A stretch of DNA of 64,000 nucleotides from a plasmid: assembly GCF_054482525.1 (NCBI RefSeq), contig NZ_JBTHVG010000003.1; one strand, written 5' to 3'. The position numbers and the translations under genes were made by a program. Positions within the stretch are counted from its first letter, which is position 1, and each line of letters begins with the position of its first letter. The notes under the pieces were generated by a model, which was given only the letters and a program-made list of their open reading frames with translations, was not told where the DNA came from and made no database searches. Shown one piece after another: positions 21,017-29,795 of the stretch.

Positions 21017-21534
21017 TTTTTCGTGGGATGAGCTAAGGCTTTCAGCTTTTTTAGATACACAAGCCGCGTTTCAAGAAATCGAACTTGCCTTTCAAGATCC
21101 TCAATGCGTCGGTCTTTTGACAGCTCCAATGCTGATGCCGCTTTTTCTGGATCAACTGATATTGCAATGTTTCTTTTGGTGCCAATCTTGAGCGCGCGTA
21201 AACCAGCTTCTCCGCGCTCTTCATAAACCTTCAGCCACCTGGCTACAGAACCACTACCAGCAAGCATAAAGTGAGCAGCAGCCTGATTAAGGGACATGTG
21301 CTGCTCGATCACCGCTTTCACGACCTTAATACGCAACTCAGGATCAGCACTAACACCTTTAGGTTTGGGAATTAAACCTTTTTCTCCATGTTTTTCATAG
21401 AGGGCAACCCATGTCCTGACCTGGGTTCGGGGGACACCAAAACGTGCCGAGATGATCCTGTAACCATCATCAGTAGTGAAGTAGTGATTCACGACTTCAA
21501 GGCGCTTTTCAAAAGGGTATTTTGGCTTTGACAT
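21013..21534 (-). CDS. insJ: IS150 orfA (InsJ)
   Basis: 173 aa with N-terminal HTH; overlaps orfB in the -1 frame. Confidence 0.85.
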   Translation of the reverse strand: MSKPKYPFEKRLEVVNHYFTTDDGYRIISARFGVPRTQVRTWVALYEKHGEKGLIPKPKGVSADPELRIKVVKAVIEQHMSLNQAAAHFMLAGSGSVARWLKVYEERGEAGLRALKIGTKRNIAISVDPEKAASALELSKDRRIEDLERQVRFLETRLVYLKKLKALAHPTKK

Positions 21535-21866
21535 ATCAGGGGCTATTCCATTTCATCGTCCAACAAAATGGGTGCAGTACAGGTTAATTGAAAAATTACT
21601 CGGGGCTTTCTGCTTTTACCACAGTCAAACAGTGTTACCGCTGGCTGGGGCAAAAGCCTCCAGCACCAGCGTCATTATATCACTCTGCCCTGATCAGCCA
21701 AACACCCTGCCTGCATAAATCATTGATTTATAATTTATTTGACATGAGTCACTTCCGGTTGTCGGAGACAGTCTTTTTACACTAAAGAAAAGGGTAACGG
21801 GCAGCTGCTTGGTCGGAACATACAGTGCAGTTCCTGCCCGTTTAATTTCCGGATGCAATGGTAGGA

Positions 21867-22472
21867 TCAGGAGGCACTGGTTCCGTTGATTAGGGAAAGC
21901 TTATGTGCCTGAATACGGCTGTATTCGAGATGGGATGGAATATTACAGATGCGCTCCAGTCGATCATGCAGCCTCGTGTAGGTCAGTCGATGAATACCGG
22001 ACATTTCATCAAGTAGCCAGCGCTTGATGTAAGGGTTACAGGAAAGCCGGGCAAGATCGTCGTCATCCACTTCGTCAAAGAACCAGTACTGCTCCATCGG
22101 GACTACCTGAAATATCCACGGCCGGGGATAGTCCCCTGTGACAACCAAAAACCATGCGAGAAAGCATAGACACAGCTCAACGATCATCAGCATCGAAAAT
22201 TGCGAATAACTTAGACCAGGCACATAGGGTGAACTATCCGCAACATACCCCCTGAACAATTCCGCCACAAGGTAGCCCAATAGCGACAAGGCCAGCATCA
22301 GGGTCAGGATTAATCCCCCATTAAACGCTACCGAAGCCTTTTGAACCCGATCAGGTGCTGTCCGGCTGCGATAGTTGGTCACTACTCTTTCTACAAGTGC
22401 CCTTATGGCAGCCTGTTCTTTACTGACATCAGCTCCGGAAAAACCGGACGGGCTTTTATTTAATTCAGTCAT
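21867..22472 (-). CDS. Hypothetical membrane protein
   Basis: AGGAG 7 nt upstream; two or three hydrophobic helices. Confidence 0.45.
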   Translation of the reverse strand: MTELNKSPSGFSGADVSKEQAAIRALVERVVTNYRSRTAPDRVQKASVAFNGGLILTLMLALSLLGYLVAELFRGYVADSSPYVPGLSYSQFSMLMIVELCLCFLAWFLVVTGDYPRPWIFQVVPMEQYWFFDEVDDDDLARLSCNPYIKRWLLDEMSGIHRLTYTRLHDRLERICNIPSHLEYSRIQAHKLSLINGTSAS

Positions 22473-22687
22473 ACCCCACTCCTGTTATGTGCTCTACTGA
22501 ACAAACACGTAGATCATACAGAGCTCACGGACGCACTCCTGCCAGATAAAGGAGGGAATTTGGCTGTAAGACGGTTAGCCAACAGTTCAGGTTATGCGTG
22601 GGATCCGGCCAGTCAGAAAGGATTCCGTTATTAACAGGCAAGGTTAAAGGCAGATGGACGTTGAAATTGTGGATGCTAAAAGGGGTA

Positions 22688-22969
22688 TTACTCTTTTTCC
22701 TGCATAGCGGCTTTTTCAGCCCGGGTGGCCAGGCGAGCATTTCCGAAAGGTTCACGGACAAGCAGGGGCTTCTCCTTCTTCCAGCCCCTGATAGCCGTTT
22801 CTCCAAAACGACGTGGTGCATTGCCGTTCCAGCGAGCAATCACATGATTATCATGAATTTCTATAATGACAACGGGGTGGACAATGACCGTTGTAATGGT
22901 GGTATTTCCCATTTTGGTACGGGTTACAGACCAAACCTGCATCCCGGATTCCAGCTGGCTGATTTTCAT
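22688..22969 (-). CDS. Hypothetical protein
   Basis: AGGA upstream; 93 aa; orientation matches the block. Confidence 0.35.
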   Translation of the reverse strand: MKISQLESGMQVWSVTRTKMGNTTITTVIVHPVVIIEIHDNHVIARWNGNAPRRFGETAIRGWKKEKPLLVREPFGNARLATRAEKAAMQEKE

Positions 22970-23343
22970 ATTATATCCTTAAGCCAACACGAACTGCGCC
23001 ACAAAAATTAATGTGGCGCAATTTACCATAAACAATAAACATCAGATACCCGTGAAGAGATTTCCCTTTATTTTAAAATTCTTCTGGAGAAAAAATGATA
23101 TTTCCAGAAGAAGTCAGCGAAATTCAGAAACGGCCATCACAATGGTGCTGCGCTGACGCTGGCGTTCTGCCTTGCGCTGCCTGCGGCGATAGATCTATTT
23201 TGCGCTGACGTAAGGGCAGTCCTCACGGGTATACCAGCAGCAGCCGCAAGGTTCGGGCCGGGGTTTTCCGGCAAGTCCAAATGGTTTCATCAAGTCACCT
23301 TTTTAATATTTTTAATGGCAAGATACTTCCCTAACACATTGTT

Positions 23344-23655
23344 TTATCGCATATAACGCTGTTGCATAAACAGATACAGATAACCCTCAGGAGAAAACAT
23401 GCAAAGGTTATCAGTGATAACCGCATCCAGATACCGAGTGTCAGTCTGTAAACGTTTTATCACCAGAAAATGTGCTGCCGCAGCCTTAATGCCAGAACTA
23501 CCGTTTACAACATTATGTATACCCGCTTCGAATAACGAACGAGCATGAATTACCTTTTCCCGGGCCGCTTCGATCTCCGCATTAATAACGCATTGCCGCG
23601 CCTGGATGACTGCCTCTCCGGTTAAATCGCGGAAATTCATTAGAGATGTGATCAT
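23344..23655 (-). CDS. Hypothetical protein
   Basis: 103 aa; variant promoter cassette with TTATAAT -10 upstream. Confidence 0.45.
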   Translation of the reverse strand: MITSLMNFRDLTGEAVIQARQCVINAEIEAAREKVIHARSLFEAGIHNVVNGSSGIKAAAAHFLVIKRLQTDTRYLDAVITDNLCMFSPEGYLYLFMQQRYMR

Positions 23656-23681
23656 GATTAACTCTCCAGATTATGTGGAAT

Positions 23682-23720
23682 CATTATAACAACTGGCATC
23701 CCGCCACAAATAACCTGAGA
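23682..23720 (-). promoter_or_regulatory. Conserved promoter cassette (variant -35)
   Basis: AGGTTATTTGTG then TTATAAT upstream of the gene starting at 23655. Confidence 0.4.
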
Positions 23721-23877
23721 AAAATTCTTTGAAATATTCCTATATATAAGGAATTACAGTCGGAAAAGAAACGATGAAATAGCGCCGACCGCTTAAAATC
23801 GATAAATTAAAATGGACGGCACTGGAATGAAAAACTGAAAGTAGTAAGACCGTAATTATCCTTCACGGATGTAAGCT

Positions 23878-24078
23878 TTATAAGAGGAGTACTGGCAAAG
23901 CTTTGCCAAGTACTTCGGCGGTTGTGTCTACGATTTTACGGATGTCATCGATCTGCGAAGGCTTATTCAACACCACCGTAAAAAGCTCTCCTTCGTTATC
24001 AGCCTGCTCGCAGTTTCCGTATCGGCTCCCGTCGTACAGCTGCACAATACGTGACATAGAAGACTTTGTTTGTTTCAT
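23878..24078 (-). CDS. Small hypothetical protein
   Basis: 66-aa ORF. Confidence 0.35.
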   Translation of the reverse strand: MKQTKSSMSRIVQLYDGSRYGNCEQADNEGELFTVVLNKPSQIDDIRKIVDTTAEVLGKALPVLLL

Positions 24079-24117
24079 GGCTTTGCACCTGCTTTTAGGC
24101 AGTTTGGTTACTGGTTA

Positions 24118-24342
24118 TCAGAAGCTGGTTTCATGCGCTTCCGGCTGGGACACGAACTGGTATTTGACGCCGCCAGGCACACCTACTGCTTCGGCAATAG
24201 AGTCGCAAAGCCGCGATAAATCATTTAGTGTCATCGGATATTCAATATCTACAGAATATAAAGCACCTGCATTTTCAGCATCTTCGATGTTTTTATACTG
24301 GGCACTAAATATAGCAATGGTCTGAATTTCGTGGTTATGCAT
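24118..24342 (-). CDS. Small protein, paralog family A (with 29307-29546)
   Basis: Shares the motif DIE-PMTLNDLS-LC-S-A-AVG-PGG-KY with the 79-aa protein at 29307-29546. Confidence 0.5.
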   Translation of the reverse strand: MHNHEIQTIAIFSAQYKNIEDAENAGALYSVDIEYPMTLNDLSRLCDSIAEAVGVPGGVKYQFVSQPEAHETSF

Positions 24343-24396
24343 GAACCGGTCCTTATTAAATTATAAAAGCCACCCGAGAGTGGCCTGAGTTGAAAC

Positions 24397-24600
24397 TTAA
24401 ATCTGTGAAGTATTTTTGAGAGATTTTTTGCGATCCAGATGCCGGGCAACAATGGTTCCGATAACAAGTAGCATGATGACCGCACTGAAGAAGGTGCTGT
24501 CAGGGACGCCCTGGAAAAAATCACTGAAACTGTAAACAATAAAAATCAATGCGCAAAAATAGAAAACGATACGAACATAAGGGGTAAAAAACATTTTCAT
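24397..24600 (-). CDS. Small membrane protein
   Basis: 67 aa with two hydrophobic helices. Confidence 0.4.
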   Translation of the reverse strand: MKMFFTPYVRIVFYFCALIFIVYSFSDFFQGVPDSTFFSAVIMLLVIGTIVARHLDRKKSLKNTSQI

Positions 24601-24740
24601 CGGTTGCCTTCCATTCAGGGAGAATTCTCAGTAATTACATCACACCTGAAGAGAAACTATTTTCGTATAAATGAGCATTTTCGACATATCAGAGGGGGGG
24701 TTTACTCATAAATGAGGTAGTAAGGGTCACACTTGAGGTG

Positions 24741-24751
24741 AAAGTTACTTT
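24741..24751. promoter_or_regulatory. Palindrome copy
   Basis: AAAGTTACTTTCCTGG, about 140 nt upstream of the gene starting at 24600. Confidence 0.5.
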
Positions 24752-24779
24752 CCTGGCTGCGAACGAACTATCTCAAATG

Positions 24780-25073
24780 TTAGAGGTGTGCGTTCGCCTT
24801 GAGAGCCTCATGCCCTGAGGAGCTCAACTTGAGCCGATAGTATAAACCTGGCTCCAGATGGCTTGCTGGCTGGCATAACTCCACGAGGCCGAGCCGGAAC
24901 AGGACCGGAGAGCTCCTGCACGTCACATCATCAGGATTCCCCATAAACGTACGCCGTTCTCTGGCCCGTCTGAAATTGCCAGAGATATCATAGACCGTGC
25001 CGGATGCCATCCGTCGTAACACGTAAATCTGTGCCATTGTAAGCTTCTGGGCGGAACTGCTTAAACCTGACAT
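24780..25073 (-). CDS. Hypothetical protein
   Basis: 97-aa ORF. Confidence 0.35.
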   Translation of the reverse strand: MSGLSSSAQKLTMAQIYVLRRMASGTVYDISGNFRRARERRTFMGNPDDVTCRSSPVLFRLGLVELCQPASHLEPGLYYRLKLSSSGHEALKANAHL

Positions 25074-25152
25074 ACCTTCCCCTCCTTATATAAAACAATC
25101 CGCCAGCAGCTCGACTGGCGGACAATGTTTGACTGGCAACAGCAAGGACATA

Positions 25153-25644
25153 CTATTTAGTGACAAGTTTGATCTTGGTTTCACTCATTCGAAGTCGAAA
25201 CTCCTGAAAACCCTGCTCTACCGCTAACTCCAGCCACTCAACGGGAATGGTATAGCTACAATCAGACCCACCCAAAGCGGCATCACAAGCGTAATCCCAG
25301 TCCTCATCCAGTTTTGGATTCATCCCCTGGGCGTAAGCCACAGTATCGCGGGATGCGGGAGAGCCCTCAAGCTCAGCATTAGTGATCAGGTATACACCAT
25401 GACTGTGCGCGAGAAGCACTTTTGGCACCAGATGTGTGCTGGCAATTTTTGAGGATGAGGGAAAGAAAACCCTACCAGCTTTACGCGCCTCTTCTTCAGT
25501 CTGTCCCTCAGCGTTAAGGAGGGCTCCCCCCGGATAGCATGCCGGGTCATAGATCTGATCTGCGGTGACCGAAAACGTTTTTGCGGTGCGAATTTCTTCG
25601 ATCAGTTTATTAATATCCGCCATTTCAAATACGAGAGTGGTCAC
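25153..25644 (-). CDS. Hypothetical protein
   Basis: 163-aa ORF; start overlaps or abuts the next gene. Confidence 0.5.
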   Translation of the reverse strand: MTTLVFEMADINKLIEEIRTAKTFSVTADQIYDPACYPGGALLNAEGQTEEEARKAGRVFFPSSSKIASTHLVPKVLLAHSHGVYLITNAELEGSPASRDTVAYAQGMNPKLDEDWDYACDAALGGSDCSYTIPVEWLELAVEQGFQEFRLRMSETKIKLVTK

Positions 25645-25648
25645 AGGC

Positions 25649-25960
25649 TTACTCTCCCTCTTCAGTGGACAACATCAGATACTTTGTTGCCAGCAGAAGC
25701 TCTCCCACATCCTTGAGGGACAATTCAGCTTTGCCTTCTACGGCAAGCTGCAAGCGCTGTCGAATTGCATGAACAGAATCTGAAGATAAAGATGCCATTT
25801 TGCGCAAAACGGCATTAGCCTTTTCTACAGCAGGATACAGAATTTCTGAGTTGGTATTATCTTCGTCATTATCAAAGATAATTTCAGAATCCATATTGAT
25901 GTTATCTTCAAGCCAGCTTGAAAGCACTTCAAGTAATGACATCACCTTTTCAATTTGCAT
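25649..25960 (-). CDS. Small acidic hypothetical protein
   Basis: ATG at 25960 with AGGAGG 5 nt upstream; strongly acidic (D/E-rich). Confidence 0.45.
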   Translation of the reverse strand: MQIEKVMSLLEVLSSWLEDNINMDSEIIFDNDEDNTNSEILYPAVEKANAVLRKMASLSSDSVHAIRQRLQLAVEGKAELSLKDVGELLLATKYLMLSTEEGE

Positions 25961-25985
25961 ATCGCCTCCTCTGTTAATGTGAAAC

Positions 25986-26024
25986 AAATATAACAAAGTG
26001 GCTTACCCGGCTAATAACCTGAGC
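25986..26024 (-). promoter_or_regulatory. Conserved promoter cassette
   Basis: CTCAGGTTATTAGCC then TATATT upstream of the ATG at 25960. Confidence 0.45.
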
Positions 26025-26475
26025 AGAAAGTTTTCGCACTTTGTTTGAAAACAACTTTTCTGCTCAGGTTAATGTTAAAGTCGCTGTGTAAAAGATAAAG
26101 GGCACTAAAGATGATTTAAGCATCAAACAGACTAAATCGGATTCCGTCTTTTATATCGCTTTTAAAATAGAATGAATGAAATATAAATTTAGCGTTTATG
26201 ATTGAACGCTGTAGAGGTTGATTTATCCAGTGATATTCAGTTTGGGGCCTTAAAAAGGTTTTATTTTGGATTCGAATTACAAAGGGAGCACCGACATTTT
26301 TCTGGGGGCTCCCGCAGAGAAAAAGCGGTGAGGCTATGAAGACGAAGAGGAGGTATTCGACGAAATACTGTATGGCCACAGGAGAGCTTCAGCACCCATA
26401 TCCTGCCGTCTCGCTCGCCTGTAATGATTTCAACATGTACAACGTCATACCACGTAGTTGTATTTCTCACTTTGT

Positions 26476-26796
26476 TTATGCTTCCTGACACCGTGTGAAC
26501 GCAATCTTCGTCTGGATGCGTTCATAGATGGAAAACTGCCTTTCAATGGAACCGGCATTAGACAGTAATTCATGAAGCTCAGCAGAGTCTGTATCGGGAA
26601 CGATAGCTACAGAAACTCCATATCTCCGTCCAATTTTGATTAGGTGCGCAAGCTGTTCTTTTTCGGATTCTGTGAGCATTGCCAGATCTCTTCCGGACAC
26701 CTGCTCTATAAACGAACCAAGGTTTTTGGGAAAAAAGGGTTCGGCATCAGAGTTATGTGCTGGGCGCGTCTGCGGCTTATCGAAGCTATTGGGCAT
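26476..26796 (-). CDS. Hypothetical protein
   Basis: 106-aa ORF. Confidence 0.45.
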   Translation of the reverse strand: MPNSFDKPQTRPAHNSDAEPFFPKNLGSFIEQVSGRDLAMLTESEKEQLAHLIKIGRRYGVSVAIVPDTDSAELHELLSNAGSIERQFSIYERIQTKIAFTRCQEA

Positions 26797-26947
26797 GAAT
26801 AGAACCTATACAGTTAGAGAACTGGAGAATGGATAAAGACTCTATGAAAATCAGTTGTGCTACACTCGAATGCTAATCAAGCTTTATGATGGCTTTAGTA
26901 GGGATGGCCGTCAACTTAAACCGATAAGAAGGGAGCCATTTATCGTT

Positions 26948-26958
26948 AAAGTAACTTT
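26948..26958. promoter_or_regulatory. Palindrome copy
   Basis: AAAGTAACTTTCCCGG, about 150 nt upstream of the gene starting at 26796. Confidence 0.5.
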
Positions 26959-26975
26959 CCCGGATGATGCTCTTT

Positions 26976-27203
26976 TTACGAAATAAGTTTCTCACACTCC
27001 TGTATAAGAGTCGCCCTGGAACGAGATCGACTGGCTTTGCTTAATGAAGAGCGTAGTTGATGTTCATCAACCCCATCAGCGATAAACTGACCGATTTTTG
27101 TTTCAAGCCGCTGCATTGCCTCGTAAAGCTTGGCATCCGCATTATTTTTAAGAAACCTCAGTATATAATCAGCAATAATTTGGACGGGAGTGAACTTATA
27201 CAT
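26976..27203 (-). CDS. Small hypothetical protein
   Basis: 75-aa ORF. Confidence 0.4.
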   Translation of the reverse strand: MYKFTPVQIIADYILRFLKNNADAKLYEAMQRLETKIGQFIADGVDEHQLRSSLSKASRSRSRATLIQECEKLIS

Positions 27204-27430
27204 TATGTATCCTTAAGACGTTGTGTTAAATGATTCAAAAAAATTTATAACCAGACGTAAATTATTATACATAAGTAAGCACTTTAGCTAACAAGCTGGA
27301 GGAGTGAATTTCGGTTAGCAACTATATTTTAGAAGCTGATTGCTGAATAGACAAAGCCCGGCTTACCGGGCATTCATTTAATTAGATGCTAGAAATCTGA
27401 CCCGTCGTCTGACTTTTATTCCAGGCAGAG

Positions 27431-28042
27431 TTAGGAACTAATAATGATGGCCTGGTCAGTTTGAGGAAGCCGGTTTCCTCTGATAAATGCAGGGTGGTTT
27501 AAACGAGAAGAAGAAATGGTCATCGCCAGAAATGTCTCTTCACGCGAACGCAGAAATTCCCCCCATGAATAGGTTTCCCATACGTCGTGAGAAAGGTCGG
27601 ATTCCTTTATGTACCGGGATTGCATTGTTGGCTCAAAATCGACAGGGGCTAAACTGTCATAGGATGGATGAACACGGTACCCCAATCCCTCCTCCGTCTG
27701 ATGGTATGCATGTGCCAAAAGGACATCGTGGGAGACCAGGTCATAGTCGTTGTCCTGAACGAGCGTTTTTACGGTATGACTAATTTCCCCAAAGCCGTCT
27801 ATTTCCCAGAGCGTTATCATTGTGAACTCAGCTAAAGTTCGTGGGCTCTTTACCAGAAAGCCATTTAATGCTCGTCGCCCCTTCAGCATGCCAACGTGGT
27901 AGGTCTTGTTGGGATAGGGTTTCATTGCCACCAGCGAATCAGCTTTAAGCTCAAGTGACAATTCAGGGACAGACACGGACATGAGAGTACACTTGTTTTT
28001 CATATGGTGAAGAATACGTGGCACAAGATGCAGATACATCAT
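27431..28042 (-). CDS. Hypothetical protein
   Basis: 203-aa ORF. Confidence 0.45.
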   Translation of the reverse strand: MMYLHLVPRILHHMKNKCTLMSVSVPELSLELKADSLVAMKPYPNKTYHVGMLKGRRALNGFLVKSPRTLAEFTMITLWEIDGFGEISHTVKTLVQDNDYDLVSHDVLLAHAYHQTEEGLGYRVHPSYDSLAPVDFEPTMQSRYIKESDLSHDVWETYSWGEFLRSREETFLAMTISSSRLNHPAFIRGNRLPQTDQAIIISS

Positions 28043-28153
28043 TTTCTCCTTTTATGGATATAACTGGCAGATCCTCAGCAGCATCAAAATAGTTAATAGA
28101 CTTTTTTAATTGGTTAACCACTGTTGATTGACTTGTTTTATGTCTCTGAGAAA

Positions 28154-28720
28154 TTATTCGTTTTGTTTCTGTTCGTTATACTGCTCAAACCAGAAGACGA
28201 CCGGTTTTACTACAATATGAAGCAAACCAAAACGTTCTGCGGTACGGAAATTCACGCTATATGCGCGAGCCCGTTCAACCTGTTTGGTAATTTCATTTCT
28301 CATTCCTTCAACACTAAAAGCTCCTTTAAAAAGGTTGCAGGGAGCGCATGATGGAAATAAGTTTTCTATTGCATGCAGTTCAGGGTGCATAACCTTACCC
28401 GTACTTCGGGCAACATGAGTTACGCCGCTGCCGACCGGGGCTCTCACCAGTTCAAAGTCGCGTCGAACAGGCTCAACATGATCGGCATGCCACCCTTTTT
28501 CAGGAAGCTTGCAACCACAATAGGCACAACGCCCCCCAAATTTCATTCGCAGCTCAGCTCGCTGTATTTTAGAGATCTTATTTTTAGGTTTTGAGAACCT
28601 ACCATCAGGTGATTCCGCTTTGGATAACTTTGCTGAGGGCTCAGGTAACTCAACTAAATTCCCGTTGATATTTATCACCTTGACCATATCATTTTCCGCC
28701 TTTACTAATCTCACGGGCAC
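28154..28720 (-). CDS. HNH endonuclease-domain protein
   Basis: HNH signature CAYCGCKLPEKGWHADHVEPV ... NLFPSCAPCNLFK. Confidence 0.6.
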   Translation of the reverse strand: MPVRLVKAENDMVKVININGNLVELPEPSAKLSKAESPDGRFSKPKNKISKIQRAELRMKFGGRCAYCGCKLPEKGWHADHVEPVRRDFELVRAPVGSGVTHVARSTGKVMHPELHAIENLFPSCAPCNLFKGAFSVEGMRNEITKQVERARAYSVNFRTAERFGLLHIVVKPVVFWFEQYNEQKQNE

Positions 28721-28747
28721 AGGAGCTGGCTTAAGTAACCGCTGAAG

Positions 28748-28936
28748 TTAACAGCCACTGACTGCCTCTACCCAGACCTTCTGTTTATACTCAATAGGCC
28801 ACCCCTCTTTATCTGCCCGGATGACGCAATCATTTACCGTGGTGCGTGACCGGATACGAACATCAAGCGGAAGCGAATCGTTATCCACACGAGCCTGTGC
28901 CTCATTTAAAATGCGTAAAAACATCTCTTTGGTCAT
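28748..28936 (-). CDS. Small hypothetical protein
   Basis: 62 aa; its start overlaps the stop of the upstream gene. Confidence 0.35.
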   Translation of the reverse strand: MTKEMFLRILNEAQARVDNDSLPLDVRIRSRTTVNDCVIRADKEGWPIEYKQKVWVEAVSGC

Positions 28937-29244
28937 TCAGATACCCCCTCAACTTTGCGAATTTTGATCAGATGAGGGCGATTCAGTTTACAAAGTTGTT
29001 CTGTCGCTTCATCAATCGAATTGAACCGATGAGCCTCTTCGATATTTAAAGTCCAGTATTTCGCTTTCCCTTCTCCCAGATCGGACTCAAAATAATTTCG
29101 CTTTACATCCATTTTTTTAGGCCTGCCATTTATCTTGACGACATTATGTCTGTCATCAAAAAGAAATTCGTCCCCCTCAAAAGTGATTAATACAAATGGC
29201 CCCTCAGGCTTGGAAGTCCGGGGACTTCCCATTTTCAAAGTCAT
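28933..29244 (-). CDS. Hypothetical protein
   Basis: 103-aa ORF. Confidence 0.4.
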   Translation of the reverse strand: MTLKMGSPRTSKPEGPFVLITFEGDEFLFDDRHNVVKINGRPKKMDVKRNYFESDLGEGKAKYWTLNIEEAHRFNSIDEATEQLCKLNRPHLIKIRKVEGVSE

Positions 29245-29306
29245 ACTTCAGCCTCTCGATAGAACTCATGAAACCTCAAATTAAAATGGACTCACACCAC
29301 ACTGAT

Positions 29307-29546
29307 TCAGTATTCCTCCTGAACCCCATTAGGCTCTGTTGTGATTTCATATTTAATACCGCCAGGTGCTCCCACAGCGTCCGCGACCGACTCACACAGC
29401 AGCGAGAGATCGTTGAGGGTCATTGGGTGTTCAATGTCCAGCGTGAAGAGTTTCCCGGCTTGCTTGGCGGCTGTCTTGTCAGCATGTTCAGCATTAAAAA
29501 GGTATACGGTGTGTTTTTCCTGAGCGGGGGTATTTTGATTTTGCAT
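29307..29546 (-). CDS. Small protein, paralog family A (with 24118-24342)
   Basis: Shares the conserved core DIEHPMTLNDLSLLCESVADAVGAPGGIKY with 24118-24342. Confidence 0.5.
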   Translation of the reverse strand: MQNQNTPAQEKHTVYLFNAEHADKTAAKQAGKLFTLDIEHPMTLNDLSLLCESVADAVGAPGGIKYEITTEPNGVQEEY

Positions 29547-29678
29547 TGATGATCCTTTTGTTTAGTTCCCCGATTCCGGGGGTGAGTGAATTAATTTAAA
29601 TTTATATTTGTCTGGTTTAATTAGAACGTTTCCAGGCTATGCGTAAACAGGTAATGCAAAGGCTGTATCAACAGGATT

Positions 29679-29689
29679 AAAGTTACTTT
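29679..29689. promoter_or_regulatory. Palindrome copy
   Basis: AAAGTTACTTTTCTGG, about 135 nt upstream of the gene starting at 29546. Confidence 0.5.
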
Positions 29690-29795
29690 TCTGGATGCAG
29701 CAACGCTTGGACATGATGTCCACATTACATCACGATCAAAGCTAAGTTTTTTTTGTATAACCCCTTCATTTTCGTGTGTTTCGCGTTTCAGACGC

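Larger units (their letters stand above)
20139..21581 (-). mobile_element. IS150 (IS3 family) insertion sequence, complete
   Basis: 1443 bp; terminal repeats TGTACTGACCCC / TGTACTGCACCC; 3-bp target duplication GGT (20136-20138 and 21582-21584). Confidence 0.9.

Noticed and set aside
22598-23011. 137-aa plus-strand ORF
   Set aside because: Overlaps the minus-strand ORF 22688-22969, which has an RBS and matches the block orientation.
23194-23289. 31-codon Cys-rich minus-strand ORF (MKPFGLAGKPRPEPCGCCWYTREDCPYVSAK) with AGGTGA RBS
   Set aside because: Too short to support from sequence alone. Noted as a possible small peptide gene.
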